In this document: one piece after another, positions 37,851 through 50,605 of the stretch
How the letters are laid out: the number at the start of each line of letters is the position of its first letter
How positions within the stretch are numbered: the stretch's first letter is position 1
DNA from: Utricularia gibba
Taxonomy: Eukaryota; Plantae; Magnoliophyta
NCBI GenBank assembly: GCA_002189035.1
Contig: NEEC01000015.1
Coordinates: forward strand, 930,001-994,000
DNA: 64,000 nt
Direction: 5' to 3'
Notes under the pieces: generated by a model
Seen by the model: the letters and a program-made list of their open reading frames with translations, nothing else
Databases searched by the model: none
Told to the model about the DNA's origin: nothing
Translations under genes and position numbers: made by a program

Positions 37851-40800
37851 AATAACCAAGGCAGTCGCTCATTGATGATTCATTGGCGGCCTGGGACATG
37901 CCTTGGGCTCTACTCTGCGTATCTTTTGGGTAGGAACGTGAGAGTTGGAAGGTTTCTGGTGGGGATGGAGGAGGCAAGATCTTTGAATTGAGAAGTGGCG
38001 AGCACCGAGTCATTGATTGCAGTAGACGAAGGCATTGGGCTCCTCGGCCACAGTCTTTTTTATGATGCCTTGTTGCCTTCTTTACTGTGTAATTAGTGAG
38101 GAGTAGTTGCGGAGTAATGACTCAATAAAGAAACGGTTCCATGTTGTCTCCTCCACCTCGTCATCCCAGACCTCACCTTAGCCCCGATCACCATCATTAC
38201 AACTTCACAACCCTTCATTATTTCTGCTGTGTCAAGTCTATTTCTAGCACACACTTCCTAATCTAATTATTCCAATTTATTGTGCCAAAAGGGACTGTAA
38301 ACCCTACGCCCCAGACCCAAAACCACATCATCTAGCTCAGGATTCTTCGATATGATGGGGAGTGTTGCCACCGATTCATAGTTCATGTGCATCATGGCTT
38401 TGAAGGCAGCTAAGGGATTACTGATGTGAGAGGAGGGGGAGGGGCTTTCACCCTTTTATAAGGATGCTCATTCCTTTTTTGTGGTAGTGTCAATGGCGAA
38501 CAGCACAACGGCTTGGTGGTCCTAACAGAGAAAACCCTCCCCACCAAGCTTCCATTACTCCCCCACAAAATGAATATCACTGCATTGATTTGGTGGGGTT
38601 CCTTAGTAGTGCTTACGATGCTTGTGTAGGTGTGTGCATTCACACCCCACATGCCATACTCCCCCCAAAGCACTAGACCTACTACATCTACTACATCAAC
38701 ATCCAATTTGGTGGCCTTTCTCAGTACTCAGCCTTTACTTTCATCAAGTTCAGCAATTGTAGAATGAGTTTCGATGGTGGTCTGTCTAATGGATTCTAAT
38801 GACAGTACTCTTCAAAATCACTACCAAATGCTCGCCTTCTGTTTGGGAGTTTCTGCTACGTTCTAGGGTATCTGACAAGTATAACACAGACCCATAAGCT
38901 GTGCAGACACTACCCTAACCCAGTATTCCTGTAGATTTTACAACTCTAATCAACAAAAACGGGTCTCTAATGAAGAAGAATGATTGTGGTTTAGAGACCC
39001 AAAGTTTGGGGGCTGCCCTACATCTACATTGTCTGTCTTGCAGCTTCCAAGATAGGCAGCCATCTTTTTGTTGGAAAGGCTGATGCATGACATAAGTGTG
39101 CCCAGCCCTCCAACGCATTGATCATGATTCTTCGTTCCCTTGTTCTTCACAACATGCTATTTATTATCCATGAGGGTTCATGAATCTCCCCGAAGGATAT
39201 AATGCAACGATACTATTACATCACATGCAGCCTCCTGTGAAAATCACTCTTCGTTTCAATGCTCGCCGCTCAGTCTCTTTCAGTGGTTACGCTTCAGCCC
39301 CCACGTCGAGCGAACCTTCCTGCCTTCTCCTTGCAGCTCTATGGCGCAGCCAACAGTAATGCTACAGCCCAGTATCAGTAACTAACCAACATCACATGCA
39401 CAAATGTGAACCAAAGGGGCGCAGCGTAGTGAATGCTAAAGCGAGGGTTAGGTTCCGTAGCATGAGCAGACAAGCAATTGAATGAAAAAAAGAAAATAGT
39501 ATAACACATACACATGGTTGTGGGCAGCAGCGCAGAGCAGTCTGCGATCGACGGCTGCGATTAAAGCCCAGATCTTTGATCTGGGATTGATTGATTGATT
39601 GCGTTTGTCTCCCCCTGCAACTTTCCCTTCTTTTTTCCCCTTTAAATGCATGAAATTGGGTATGCTTTTGGGGCATGGAAACGAACTCATTCAAAGATGT
39701 GCTTTGCCGCAAGGGGTAAAGTAAAAAACAATAACGTTTTCTTACAGTGTACAGTGAACCAGCATACATACTGATAAGGCTGCAGCTCAGGCAGGCAGCG
39801 CCGATGCTGCTAACTGCTTTGCTTTCTTCAATTAGGCGTAAGCATGCAGAACCGCCTCCGGCTTTGACCATTTAACAGTGACGCGTTCTCACCGCTTGCC
39901 GCCGTCCACCACCCGTTCTCAAATTTCAAGTTTTTTTTGTCTGAATCGGAAGTTGACTTTTTTGGGAATCCGTACGCAATTTGTTATACTTTAGGTAGAA
40001 ATTAGCTACGGAGCTGAACCTCCTCAATTTAGAAAATTATACATCTTCATATATATTTTAAAAAATTGATCATTTTTAATATTAATTTTTTAGAAAAGAG
40101 AAATTCTGGAATTTGTAAATGGATTCCGTGAAACACGCAATATAAATTTTAATAAATTCTTTAAAAAAAAAGGAAAATAACAATAACGTGCATTTTAAAA
40201 TTAGAAATAGTTATTACAAAACGCCACCCCATCCAATAAACGGCAAGAAAGCAGCAATCTGATGCGACTTGTGTTGTTATTTGGGTTATGTCATGTATTT
40301 TGTTGCCGAGCCACCGTACAAAAACACATAATCCGACACTATCTGCATCTGTTATTACATTTTTAACTTACATTATAATTTAATTAATAACGTATTTAAA
40401 TAAATATACATTTTACGATTAAAATTAAGCACACTCACATATATATAATACATGTGTGTTTACAAATGAATATAAAAAATAACGTTATAATTAATATATA
40501 TTTTGAAAAAAAGATAAAAAATAAAATTTGCTTTACTAGGAAAACTCTTACAAGATAGTAGTTTCATATATCGGGTTGGATTTATTATCTAAATATTTTA
40601 TAAATTAAACATATATTCTAAACACTCTATTCAAAATACTATCATATGCATACTGCTAAAATACCATATTGGTTACTCAAGCTATGACACATGACAAATG
40701 TTCTAATGTCATATTGAAATTAAAGATTTGATAGCTTTTACGAATAAACGTTAATTATATTTAAAAATATTAAATTCAACTTATTAATAATAATTCATAA

Positions 40801-42214
40801 TCTCTTTTATAAGATTGTGTTAGGCATTTTGATTATAAGATATGGTTGGGGTTGCACATCTACAAGACACATTAACATATTGAAAAGCGAGTGGAGCGTC
40901 ATCCATTCCGAATGCAATGTATTCAGAGAGCCACCATGCTTTGTTTCTTTTGGTCGCTTTTTGAATCAAAATAATAATAATTAATAATTAATACTGAATA
41001 GCATAATGCGTTGATGACGTCATGAGTTAATCCCCGTACACCACTTGCTGATTGGATAAAACAAGTTGATAATGCGGATTAATTATCTTAATCAATTATT
41101 GGAGATTGGCGTGCGTGCTGGCCACCGCTTAAAAAAATCCCTATGAATTCTGGACGGTGCATAATAATGATTCAATTAAATTCAAATAATTCTAAAATCG
41201 TGATTCAATCATAGATTAATTATGATTCAATTAATTTGAGGGTGGAAATTTTTCATTTATTTAATGGAAATAAATAAATATATAAACATATTTATTTATT
41301 ATATATGTCGGGATTTGGAAATCTCTATTCCGTGGAGTGCACCTGCAGTGGAGATGGGATGATGATCCGGTCAAAGCAAGAGCAGTGGATGTGGGCCCCC
41401 ACAAACGACCTGCTGCCATATAACCTTGACCCTGTGGAATCACTTTTGTTCCCTCAGAAATTATAATAATATTTTAAACCCTTGTGCATTTTAGTCATTT
41501 ACGGAATTACCCTTCCCTCAGACAAGGCCTGGGGGTGGTGATGGGGGGGACCCCTCCCCCCCATCCTCCCTCCCTGTACTCACCTCTGCAATGGGTAACG
41601 CACATGGACCATCAGATAGAAAAATTGTCCTATCCCATTTCACACAATCGCCATGAATGATGCATTACAACACATTGCATATGCAGCAAATAATACAGAG
41701 AAAAAAGTTTTGAGGTGTAGGGGAGGGGAGGGCAGCTAGGCGGGTACTGTGTAAAGGTGAAACCAATGGAGAGTAGGAGGAAGAAGAAGAAGAAGCAAGC
41801 TAGAGGCAAAGTCAAGCGACATAAACGACGCTTGCTTTCTCTCCTTTTTATGAGCAAGCACAGTTCCTGCTGCCGCTGCTGCTGCAATATGTACATTTCC
41901 CCACCTTTCTTTTTCCCCATCCCACTCGGGCCCGGATCCCTTTGACTGCACCTTGTAAAAAAAACAAAACAAAAGGGAAAGGAATCTCAATGACCCCAAA
42001 GGCGACCATTTTCCAAAACTTATCCCCCTTCCTCCTCCCCCCACTACCTTCCTATTTACATCCTCTATCCTCCTCCCACTCTGAAAGCAGTGACTTGTAA
42101 GTCTGTGTGTATCTCCCCTCCCTCCCACCTTGTGGCAAGTAGCCCCCTCAAATCCCAATGCCTTTTACCAAAGTGAAGAAGCACAAGCACTTTTGCACCC
42201 ACCAATGATCTGTG

Positions 42215-45200
42215 CTACCTGTCCTCCACGAATATCCTTCCAATAAAATCACGGAATCGTTTGGAGTAGAGCTTAGGATCTACGGCAGAGATGGAAATGG
42301 GGTCGGCTTGTAAGGACTTGTAGGCGTGCTCCAGCTTCTTGCTGATGTCGTAGTCTTGCAGGATGTCAATGATCCCAAAGTAGAGGATGACTTCGTAGAT
42401 TTCAGCGGTGTTGGCGGGTGGATGGTTGTATCCGGTGCTCCTCCGAACCACCTGCTCCACGCGAGCAGGCATGTTGGCTCCCAGCCTTATCAATGGTTTC
42501 CTGACAGAAACCAGGGGACTGGGATCAAAATCACCACGTGATAAGAACAGCCAAACTGGGAGGTTCTAGAACAAGTTGGCATTTAAAAAACTCAATTCCA
42601 CTGTCGTGATCAGCTTCAATGGAATAGTTAATAAGCTGATATTTCAACTCAAGATGACAGACTGTAAAGAATGAGAACAACATCTCTGAAAAATGGGATA
42701 TGTACCTTCCAGCCAAGACACGATCCCTGTCTTGTAGCTCTGCCTCGATGAATCTACATTGGCGCAAAAACTTCAGCTTTTGGCATGAGTCGCTCTTCCC
42801 TGGAAAGCAAAGAACTTGCATTAACTCCTTTAGTGACTGGAACAAACATAGCATGTGCATCATTGAAGCAGTAAGAACTCGGTTTACCTGCACGAATTAT
42901 GAAAGGGGATAATCCAATCTTGTCCCCAGAACTAACATCACGAAAGTGAAGGCCAACCAAGAGACTATAGTCCATTATCCCTTCTGTCTCCAAGAATTTG
43001 CAATCACGCTCAATTTGCCTACATCCATCCAATACACTGAAGAATCAGGAGCTTTGCCGACATTGAGATGCAAAAATCAATAGGGAACGTGGGAAAGGAA
43101 ACACTGACTTGATCATCTCGTTGTACCAAGTCGACTGCAGCCTAAATACATAGTTCAAGTCGAGGTCCTTCAGAGTGGTGGTTTCGTCGATCACCGCATC
43201 CGGGTGATCAGCCGTCCGTCCATGGGATGATCCCTTCAGGTCAAATCTTCTATGGATTGTATACTCCGAGCAGAATAGATTTCCCATTACAATGAACCTC
43301 GTCTGATTTAAAAATGGACACACAGTAAGCAGATTAGTTGCAACCCATAGAAAACAAGGTTTTAGGTAGCAAAAGGGGCATGTGTGAAAGAAAGTATACC
43401 TTCGTGCCACCCACTCTTTTAACACAATGGACACCATAGAATCTTGTGACAAGGGAATTTTCATACCGATACACATGCTCATAATAGTTTGGAAGCATTT
43501 TAATGAGCACCTGCAGAAAAAAGTTATCCATGTTCAGCTTTGTCTTCTTGCAATTTTAACAAGGCAAGAAGACTGAAACCAACCTTCACTTCTGATTTTT
43601 TCACCGTTTTAATCATAAAACGATCATCCTGTGTCAAGTAGAAGGAGCTCCCACTTTTTCCTGGAGATGAAAGCTCTCTCAGAGCATCGTTACCGCAGAT
43701 GGCTAGCATATAGTCGGCAGGATCCACTTGAAACAACTCCCTCAAATGCCTGAAAACAAATGGAATCAGAAACCCATAAAATAAGAAAATACGGAACAAA
43801 TAGCTAGGACTTTATTTGGTCACCTAAACACAACAGGACAGTAGTCCTTCCACCTAAAGTCCATAGACTGATGTGGAGGGGTAAGCTTGGATCCTTCTGC
43901 TGGAAACCTTGTCCAGAATTTCTCTTTCGGATCGAAATCAGTCGGCTTAAGGTCTCGGCTAATCGACGCATGCTTCCCAACAGAATACCTGAGAGTGCAG
44001 CAAGATACATCACATTAAGAGTGAACGGAATGTGTAGCAAGGGCTTCAAGTTTGATGCCAATTTCTTTATACCTTATACCCAACTGGAGATTGAGCATCA
44101 GGTCATAATTCTTGTGCCCTTTACATATTGTCTGCCCGGGCTTCTTAGGTTCACCACTGCTGCAAAAATTTGGATTCCTCCTAAACTGCTTGATAGCATC
44201 TCGATCAAAGGCAAGGCCATTTCTAAACAACATCGAAGCTTCCATGTTATCAAGAATATCACAAGTTATATCTCCAGCTTCCCCATCAGATTCCCATATG
44301 CAGATTCTTGGGAAGTTCCTCTCCATGGTCCCCTTCTCCCCCATCATCATATTCACCCCTTCCTCCGAGACCACCATGAGCGGGGTGGATAGCTTATGAG
44401 TTGAAAAACAGCTACCAAAACCAGCTTCACACATCACCATACTACTATTGTTGTTGTTGTTCCCGTTCTTGCCAGGGTAAAAAGTACCGTTCAGCATTTC
44501 TACACTACCATTGTTTTTGCCTGAATCATTCGACCAGCAACCGATGTAACAACTACCATCCGGCCAAGTGAACACACCATGACCCTTAGGAATACCATTC
44601 TCCCAATCCCCATCGTATCGGTTACCATTAATCCAGACCAGAACACCCCTCCCATGAATCATCCCATTCTTCCATTCCCCGATATATTCGTTACCGTTTT
44701 TCCATAGATACCTTCCCTGCCCATCTTGCAAATTTTTCCTCCATTGTCCTTCGTAATAATCTCCATTACTGTAATGCTTAACCCCAAACCCGTGCTTCCG
44801 ATCCCCAGACCATGAACCCTTGTACATATCGCCATCGGCTCCAATAAAAGTCCCAGTACCCTCCATCCGACCAGACTTGAACTCCCCCTCAAAAGTCGCT
44901 CCAGAGGGCCAAGAGAATCTTCCTTTACCACAGGCTTTCCCCTTCTTCCAATCCCCTTCATACATGCACCCATCCCTCCACAAGTACTTCCCAGATCCGT
45001 GAGGCGTCTTGTTGGAAAAGGTCCCGATATACAGATCCCCGTTGGGTAGATGCTTCTCAATGATAGCAGAAGCCGAGTCAGTCTCAGAAATCGAAGTGGG
45101 TGTCACTCTACGGCAAGCCGCCTGCGACTTGCTTCTGGGTATTATAATCGGTGATCTGGGCGTCGTCGCCGTGGAAACGCTTTCAATAAAAAGATCCTCA

Positions 45201-45259
45201 GACGCAGTTCTGTTTTCATTTTCCGCTGCTAGCTTCACGCTCAAGAATGATTCGGGCAT
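42215..45259 (-). CDS. PIP5K1: Phosphatidylinositol-4-phosphate 5-kinase, subfamily B (PIP5K1/2-like), with N-terminal MORN repeats
   Basis: MORN repeats (YxGxWxxGxxxGxG), [72 protein letters not shown]. Confidence 0.96.
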
Positions 45260-45500
45260 TTTGGCTCCGACCCACTAAAATTGGCCGGTTTTTTTTGCAG
45301 TTTACCGTCAAGGAATCAGCAAATAGAACCGGCGACAGACTCCAACGGTAGCAGGAGCAACAGCATTACCTCCGTTAATGGCTTGACGGGTTTTGAGGGA
45401 ATGTGAGTTCAAAGAGACAGAGAAAGACGGACGAGCAAGGGGTTAAAAGAGTAAAGCAGGAAAGAAGCGAGAGCGAGAGCGACGACGACAAGAGGCAGAT

Positions 45501-45539
<39 letters not shown>
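45501..45539. repeat. (GA)n microsatellite / GAGA element upstream of PIP5K
   Basis: About 19 GA units with one interruption. Confidence 0.9.
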
Positions 45540-47440
45540 CGGAGGCAAAATCAACGCGGCCGTATTCAGCATTTACATTTTATGCCAGCTAAACAAACTC
45601 CCCATAAATAAAAAAGGAAAAGGAAAAAAAAAAGAGACGTTAAATTTTTAATTAAAAAAAATGCGATGACGCGACAAATCATGAAATTATCTATATGCCC
45701 CTACCCTCCAAACATACCATAATATTGTATTTCCATACTTGACACAAATAATGTCCCCTCATTTTCATTCTCACGTTTTAATTTCCATTTATTTCAAGAA
45801 TTTCACAATACCAAATTACAATATTATAATTTTTTTAATCACAATAGATTATTACCATTTTTATCAAAAATTGATAGTACGAGAAAACTGTTCGAAAATA
45901 GTTGGCGTGACAAGACGCTTCAGACATAGCACAAGATCATGAGGCATTCAAGCTATGTATGTACGTACCTTATTATTTCCTATTTCAGAATATATATTAT
46001 TTTATTGTAATTGTATTTTTTTTAATAATAAATAAATGAATTTTGTGATTGGATGCGTGGAATATCGATCAAGGCACACACAGACAGACAGACGCTCGAC
46101 TTTGAACCGGACCGGCTGCGGTATTTTTTAGAAATACATTCTTTTTTATTATTTTAAATTACTGGTATATTTTGAAACGTAGTGGCAGGGCATATTGGTC
46201 TTTGCCGTGGGTGACTATGGGTATATCGGTCATTTCAATAGCTACCACTACGGTAGACGGACACGGCGTCCCTCGTCCTTGTGTTCTGCCCAATCGGCTT
46301 CCGTTGCCCCTGTTCGTGTGACATATTTACTAAACTGCCATGACCCTAATCGCGAATGTAGGATGTTGATGGATCGCGTTCCATTACCGGAATCGTTTGA
46401 GAAACACTAAATACCAAATGGATGATAAATGATTAGGATACAAGTGTAAAGTTATAAAAACCGTTTATAAATGATTCGAATCCGAATCCAAACCATGTTA
46501 CAAATCAATTATTTGTATGTAAATATTTTTTTATATAACTTTATTAAGTAATATGAATAAAAATAATATATGTTTATAAATAAATAAAATCTCAACTTGA
46601 TAGCGAAATATTTGGTAGACCAGTTATATAATTTAAATATTCGTGTATTAATAACAATGCATGTTTGATAAATTAGTTTAATAATGCATTAGTATTTTAT
46701 AAAGTAATATAAAACATTCCAAATGAGATATTTTAAAACTCATGTAAGAGTTAGTTTTTGTTAAATAAATGAATTTATAAAAATATATATATTAAATACT
46801 TTTTATCAAATATAATATTATTTTAAATATATATCTTCAAAACTTGTATATCAAACAAAATTTAATCTTAATTATATAAACATGTTTATCCAAATACAAA
46901 TAAATCAAATATTTTATAAATTATATTATGCTACTCAACACAATCTAAATTTATTTGAAATTAGATATTTGGAGTAAGACAGAAAAATGAATTTTGAGAT
47001 TGATAATAATTAAAATAAAAATAAAAGCAACAAAAATATATTCGATTCTTATCTAGAATCAATTGGATAAAAATGAATAAGTTTCAAATACTTATCTTTA
47101 AGTATGTTTGATTTCGATTTCTATTGTTGGATGGCAAATTGTTTTCACCTTATTTTTTTTATTATAAGATTTCGCATGACTTGGGAATCTCCTATTTTTA
47201 TTTTTAAGACGACATATAACTAAAAACCATATTCTAAATTCCGTCTCATCTTCATTGTTGCTACAATCCAATGCTACAATAGAAAACAGAAATTGGTGAG
47301 GCCCCGGTTTTGAAAACACCAAGTACATGCACTTGAGCAACCTTTCATGTGTTAGGATATAATTATCTTACTAGCATTATTATTCCCGGTTATCCACGTA
47401 TGGCTATTACACTATAACCGCCTTTTAAATTTCAAAACAG

Positions 47441-47840
47441 CACCCCGGGGTGGGGCCCACCCTATTCACATCCTCCTAGGTGGCTCCTCCGCATCCACAG
47501 TGTCCGCATTCAATGCAATCTCCATCTCCCCGCGGCTCCTCATTAAATAAATTAGGGTTTGAAACCCTAAACCCCAAAAACAGAGTATGGATTTTTAGGG
47601 TTTTTTGGTTACGTGGATTAATTTGAAAACGAAACATTATATAGTTTAGGAGCATTGGGAACACGTAGATGGTGCCATGAAGGGGGACCAACGGGGGTAT
47701 GTGTTGCTCCAAGGTATTTGTTTACATGGGGTGGTCGTGATCAGGGCGGATCGAAGCCCAGATACGGCGACACGTGCCGCCGTGTCATGGGACTCGATGG
47801 GCTGCTTGGGGGACACAGGCAGCACCTAACCCTAACGCGA
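47441..47840. promoter_or_regulatory. Isolated GC-rich cis-element island (TCP site, inverted telo-boxes, G-box)
   Basis: CACCCCGGGGTG palindrome at 47441, GGGCCCAC at about 47453, TTAGGGTTT-G-AAACCCTAA at 47552-47570, TTTAGGGTTT at about 47604, ACACGTG at 47770. Confidence 0.4.
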
Positions 47841-50605
47841 CTACAGGGGGGGAGCACATTCACTACCATGTGACCAAGTGCTAGAATCATTGAATCCTCA
47901 CATGCAATTTCTTATTCGTCTTTTTTTTCCGTTATTGATAATGGTTATAATAATGACAATAATAGGATACAAGAAGGAAGTTGGATGCATATCTTGTGCC
48001 CCATCCAATCATGACCCCAGAAAAATCCAATTTGTTTAGTTTTTTAATAATATAATTGAACCCATATTAATTTACGAAACGTAAATTAAAATTGATTAAA
48101 AAATACAAATAGATTCTTCTGAAAAAAAAAACAAATTCAAAAGGAATTTTCATTTTTAAAGAATTACAAAAACCAAACTTTTGTTTTATTATAATTAATT
48201 CTCGAAAATTGATTCTCATCAAACAAAAACCAATCAATACTTAATTCTTAAGATATGCTTACTTCAAAAACATTTTTCAAAAAAAGATTTAATATCTTAT
48301 TAAAAATAAAAACACTCGATTTTTTTAAAAAAAATTAACTCATAAAATATTTTTGTAAAAGTGAAACTAAAAAATGGAGAGAAAAATAATATTTAGTTTT
48401 ATTTTTTTGTGGGGGGAAAAACGATGGGAAGGACGCACATGCGAAGCCAAAGAGATCAATTCAGCATGGATACACATATCTTGAGATTCGATTCCGTGAC
48501 ACTACACTCTCCAGCCACAACAAATTCAGTGGCATTGAACACGACCCCGACTCAGCACAATCAATCCCAACAGCAACTCGCCCCCGGAGCACATCCCAAA
48601 ACCAAACCCCAACAAGTCCGATCATCCCACAACATGCTTCCTTACACCGGGTCATTTGCAAAATTGGCCATACTTCTATTCTATCTCATACTCTAAGATA
48701 AGAATTTTTTTAAGAATGACCAAATTTGTAATACACACTGCTTAGACGCCCAAATAAGGTTAATCATGTTTAAAAAGTGATCTGTAAGAGACTCAGCAGC
48801 ACCATTTTTTTGCAAGAAATTATTAGAAAGTAAATTGAATTTAGATCATTAATACTGGTTGGAGTAAGAATAATGATCACCTGATAAGGGGAGGAGTCCG
48901 GGAGGTCGTCTTAGGAACCAATGGGTTTATGGGAACACCCGTACGGAGTTGGTATCATGGGCAGGGGCGAAGATGAAACCAGATTATCCCCTGCGGGCAG
49001 TAAAAGCAATTTACTGTCACAGTAGCATCAACAGGAGGGAAAATTTGGTTGACTGTGACCACATGGTGAGGGGTTTTTGTCCAGGTCCTCATTATTCTGC
49101 TCTGTGATACCTCGCTATCCGCTGCACGGCGATGCCAATGCTAGAACCGCAGAAGACTAGCAGTAGTACCTTGACCAGAGAATCCTCTTCAGTGCAGGAC
49201 CTGTTACAACGAAATGTAAGTGGTCCTTGCCCACCAAATGATCCAACAGGCTCAGCAGTCTGGTATCAAGGATGACTCCATTGTGTGTGTGCCTGGTGCT
49301 GCACTGATCCAGCGTTTCCAGTGAAAGAAAACCAACGCATGAGGTCATAATAAAATGCAGTGGTGCCAGTTCATGCACGGCGAGGTGGGATGGTTCGGAC
49401 AAGTGCACATAAAATAGTGCATCACATAAGCCACTTAACGTTCATTTTTCCAATAAAAACCCCTTACCGGAAGTGGCGTCGAAGATCATAGACTTGCAGA
49501 TTTTATGTGGACAGGAAAACCGCCCATTTTTAAGATTATCGTGATGCAGAATGCATGGCCACATTATACTGGCATTAAGAGGAGATCATGCATGCTCTGC
49601 AGTGTCACGAGGGCTTACATTCTGATGACATTCAGCTGATTGCTTCTGGTTCTGTGTCATTTTCCAGGCCAACGACATGCTGAAAAAAGTGTATGGCCGA
49701 GGGTATCCTCCATCTGCATCTGCAATTTGTGTTGAGAGTTAAGGACAAGCAGTGAAGGAAAGAACTGAATCGCCCTTAAACTGCAGGTTACTAATAAAGC
49801 ATATTCAAAAGGGAAGGTGACGCCAGTGCAAAATTACACTCGGGTTAAAGAAATGAGCAAAACCAAGCATGCGTATGAAGGAACATGTGACAATATTAAA
49901 AAAACGGCTCCTTTTCTTTCTAGAGTTTCTACAGCATGTTACAAAAACTTTGTAGTCCACAGGCTTACAAAGTACTGAAAAACTTCAAGAAACATCCGCA
50001 AGATGAAAGCTTTGCAAGAAATGAACATTGGAGGTGGTGCAAAGAGTTTGAGCGCATTAGTTCCTATTGAATACAGAATTCGTCTTCATAGAACAATGCT
50101 TTCTGTACACTCAGGGAACGAAGATTGAATCCGCTTTCCAAATCAATGTTGCTGCCGATGCCAACTGTTCCAGACAATACACCAGCCTATTTGCATGCTT
50201 CCATGAATAGGCCATCTGGCGCCATGTAAACGAAGTTCATCATAGGAATGGATATTGCATCACATAGCCATAAAATAATAACGTAACTACTTGATCCAGC
50301 AACCGGGAGAAAAGCCAATGATACCGTTGGTTGATGTGTGTGTCCTTATGATGTCGGACATGGTGATACCCTAAAACTAAACCGTTGACTTCAGTATCAA
50401 AATGCACCTTGCGTGAGAAGCGGCTGTTTGGATTATCAGCGAGGCCAATGACTTTGCCTGCTTAGATCAGTTTATCCGTTGACGATCACGTGGAGTTACA
50501 AGATGAAATGCTTGACTTCCGGGGGCTCCACCCACTCCTTCAAGATTTTGTCTTATGGGCATTCTATGGTCGCCAAGATTTTGACACAGATCAAAAGTTA
50601 ACGAG

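Noticed and set aside
37843-38061. TATA...T6 segment of about 190 nt resembling a Pol III ncRNA
   Set aside because: No USE upstream and no similarity to U3, U6, 7SL or MRP, nor a telomerase template.
38410-38706. Minus-strand ORF with faint resemblance to nitrate reductase (IVSTTKEP)
   Set aside because: Only a few residues match, and none of the Moco, heme or FAD motifs are present.
37672-39914. Shared 12-mer CGTCCACCACCC at 37672 and 39903
   Set aside because: The match does not extend, and it is within chance expectation for this distance.
45375-45651. ORFs with SLSLSL / RERERE tracts
   Set aside because: Translations of the GA microsatellite.
46000-48700. LEC1/NF-YB remnant next to PIP5K
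   Set aside because: No NF-YB core motif in the segments I translated. The 48409-48696 ORF is low-complexity and unrecognisable.
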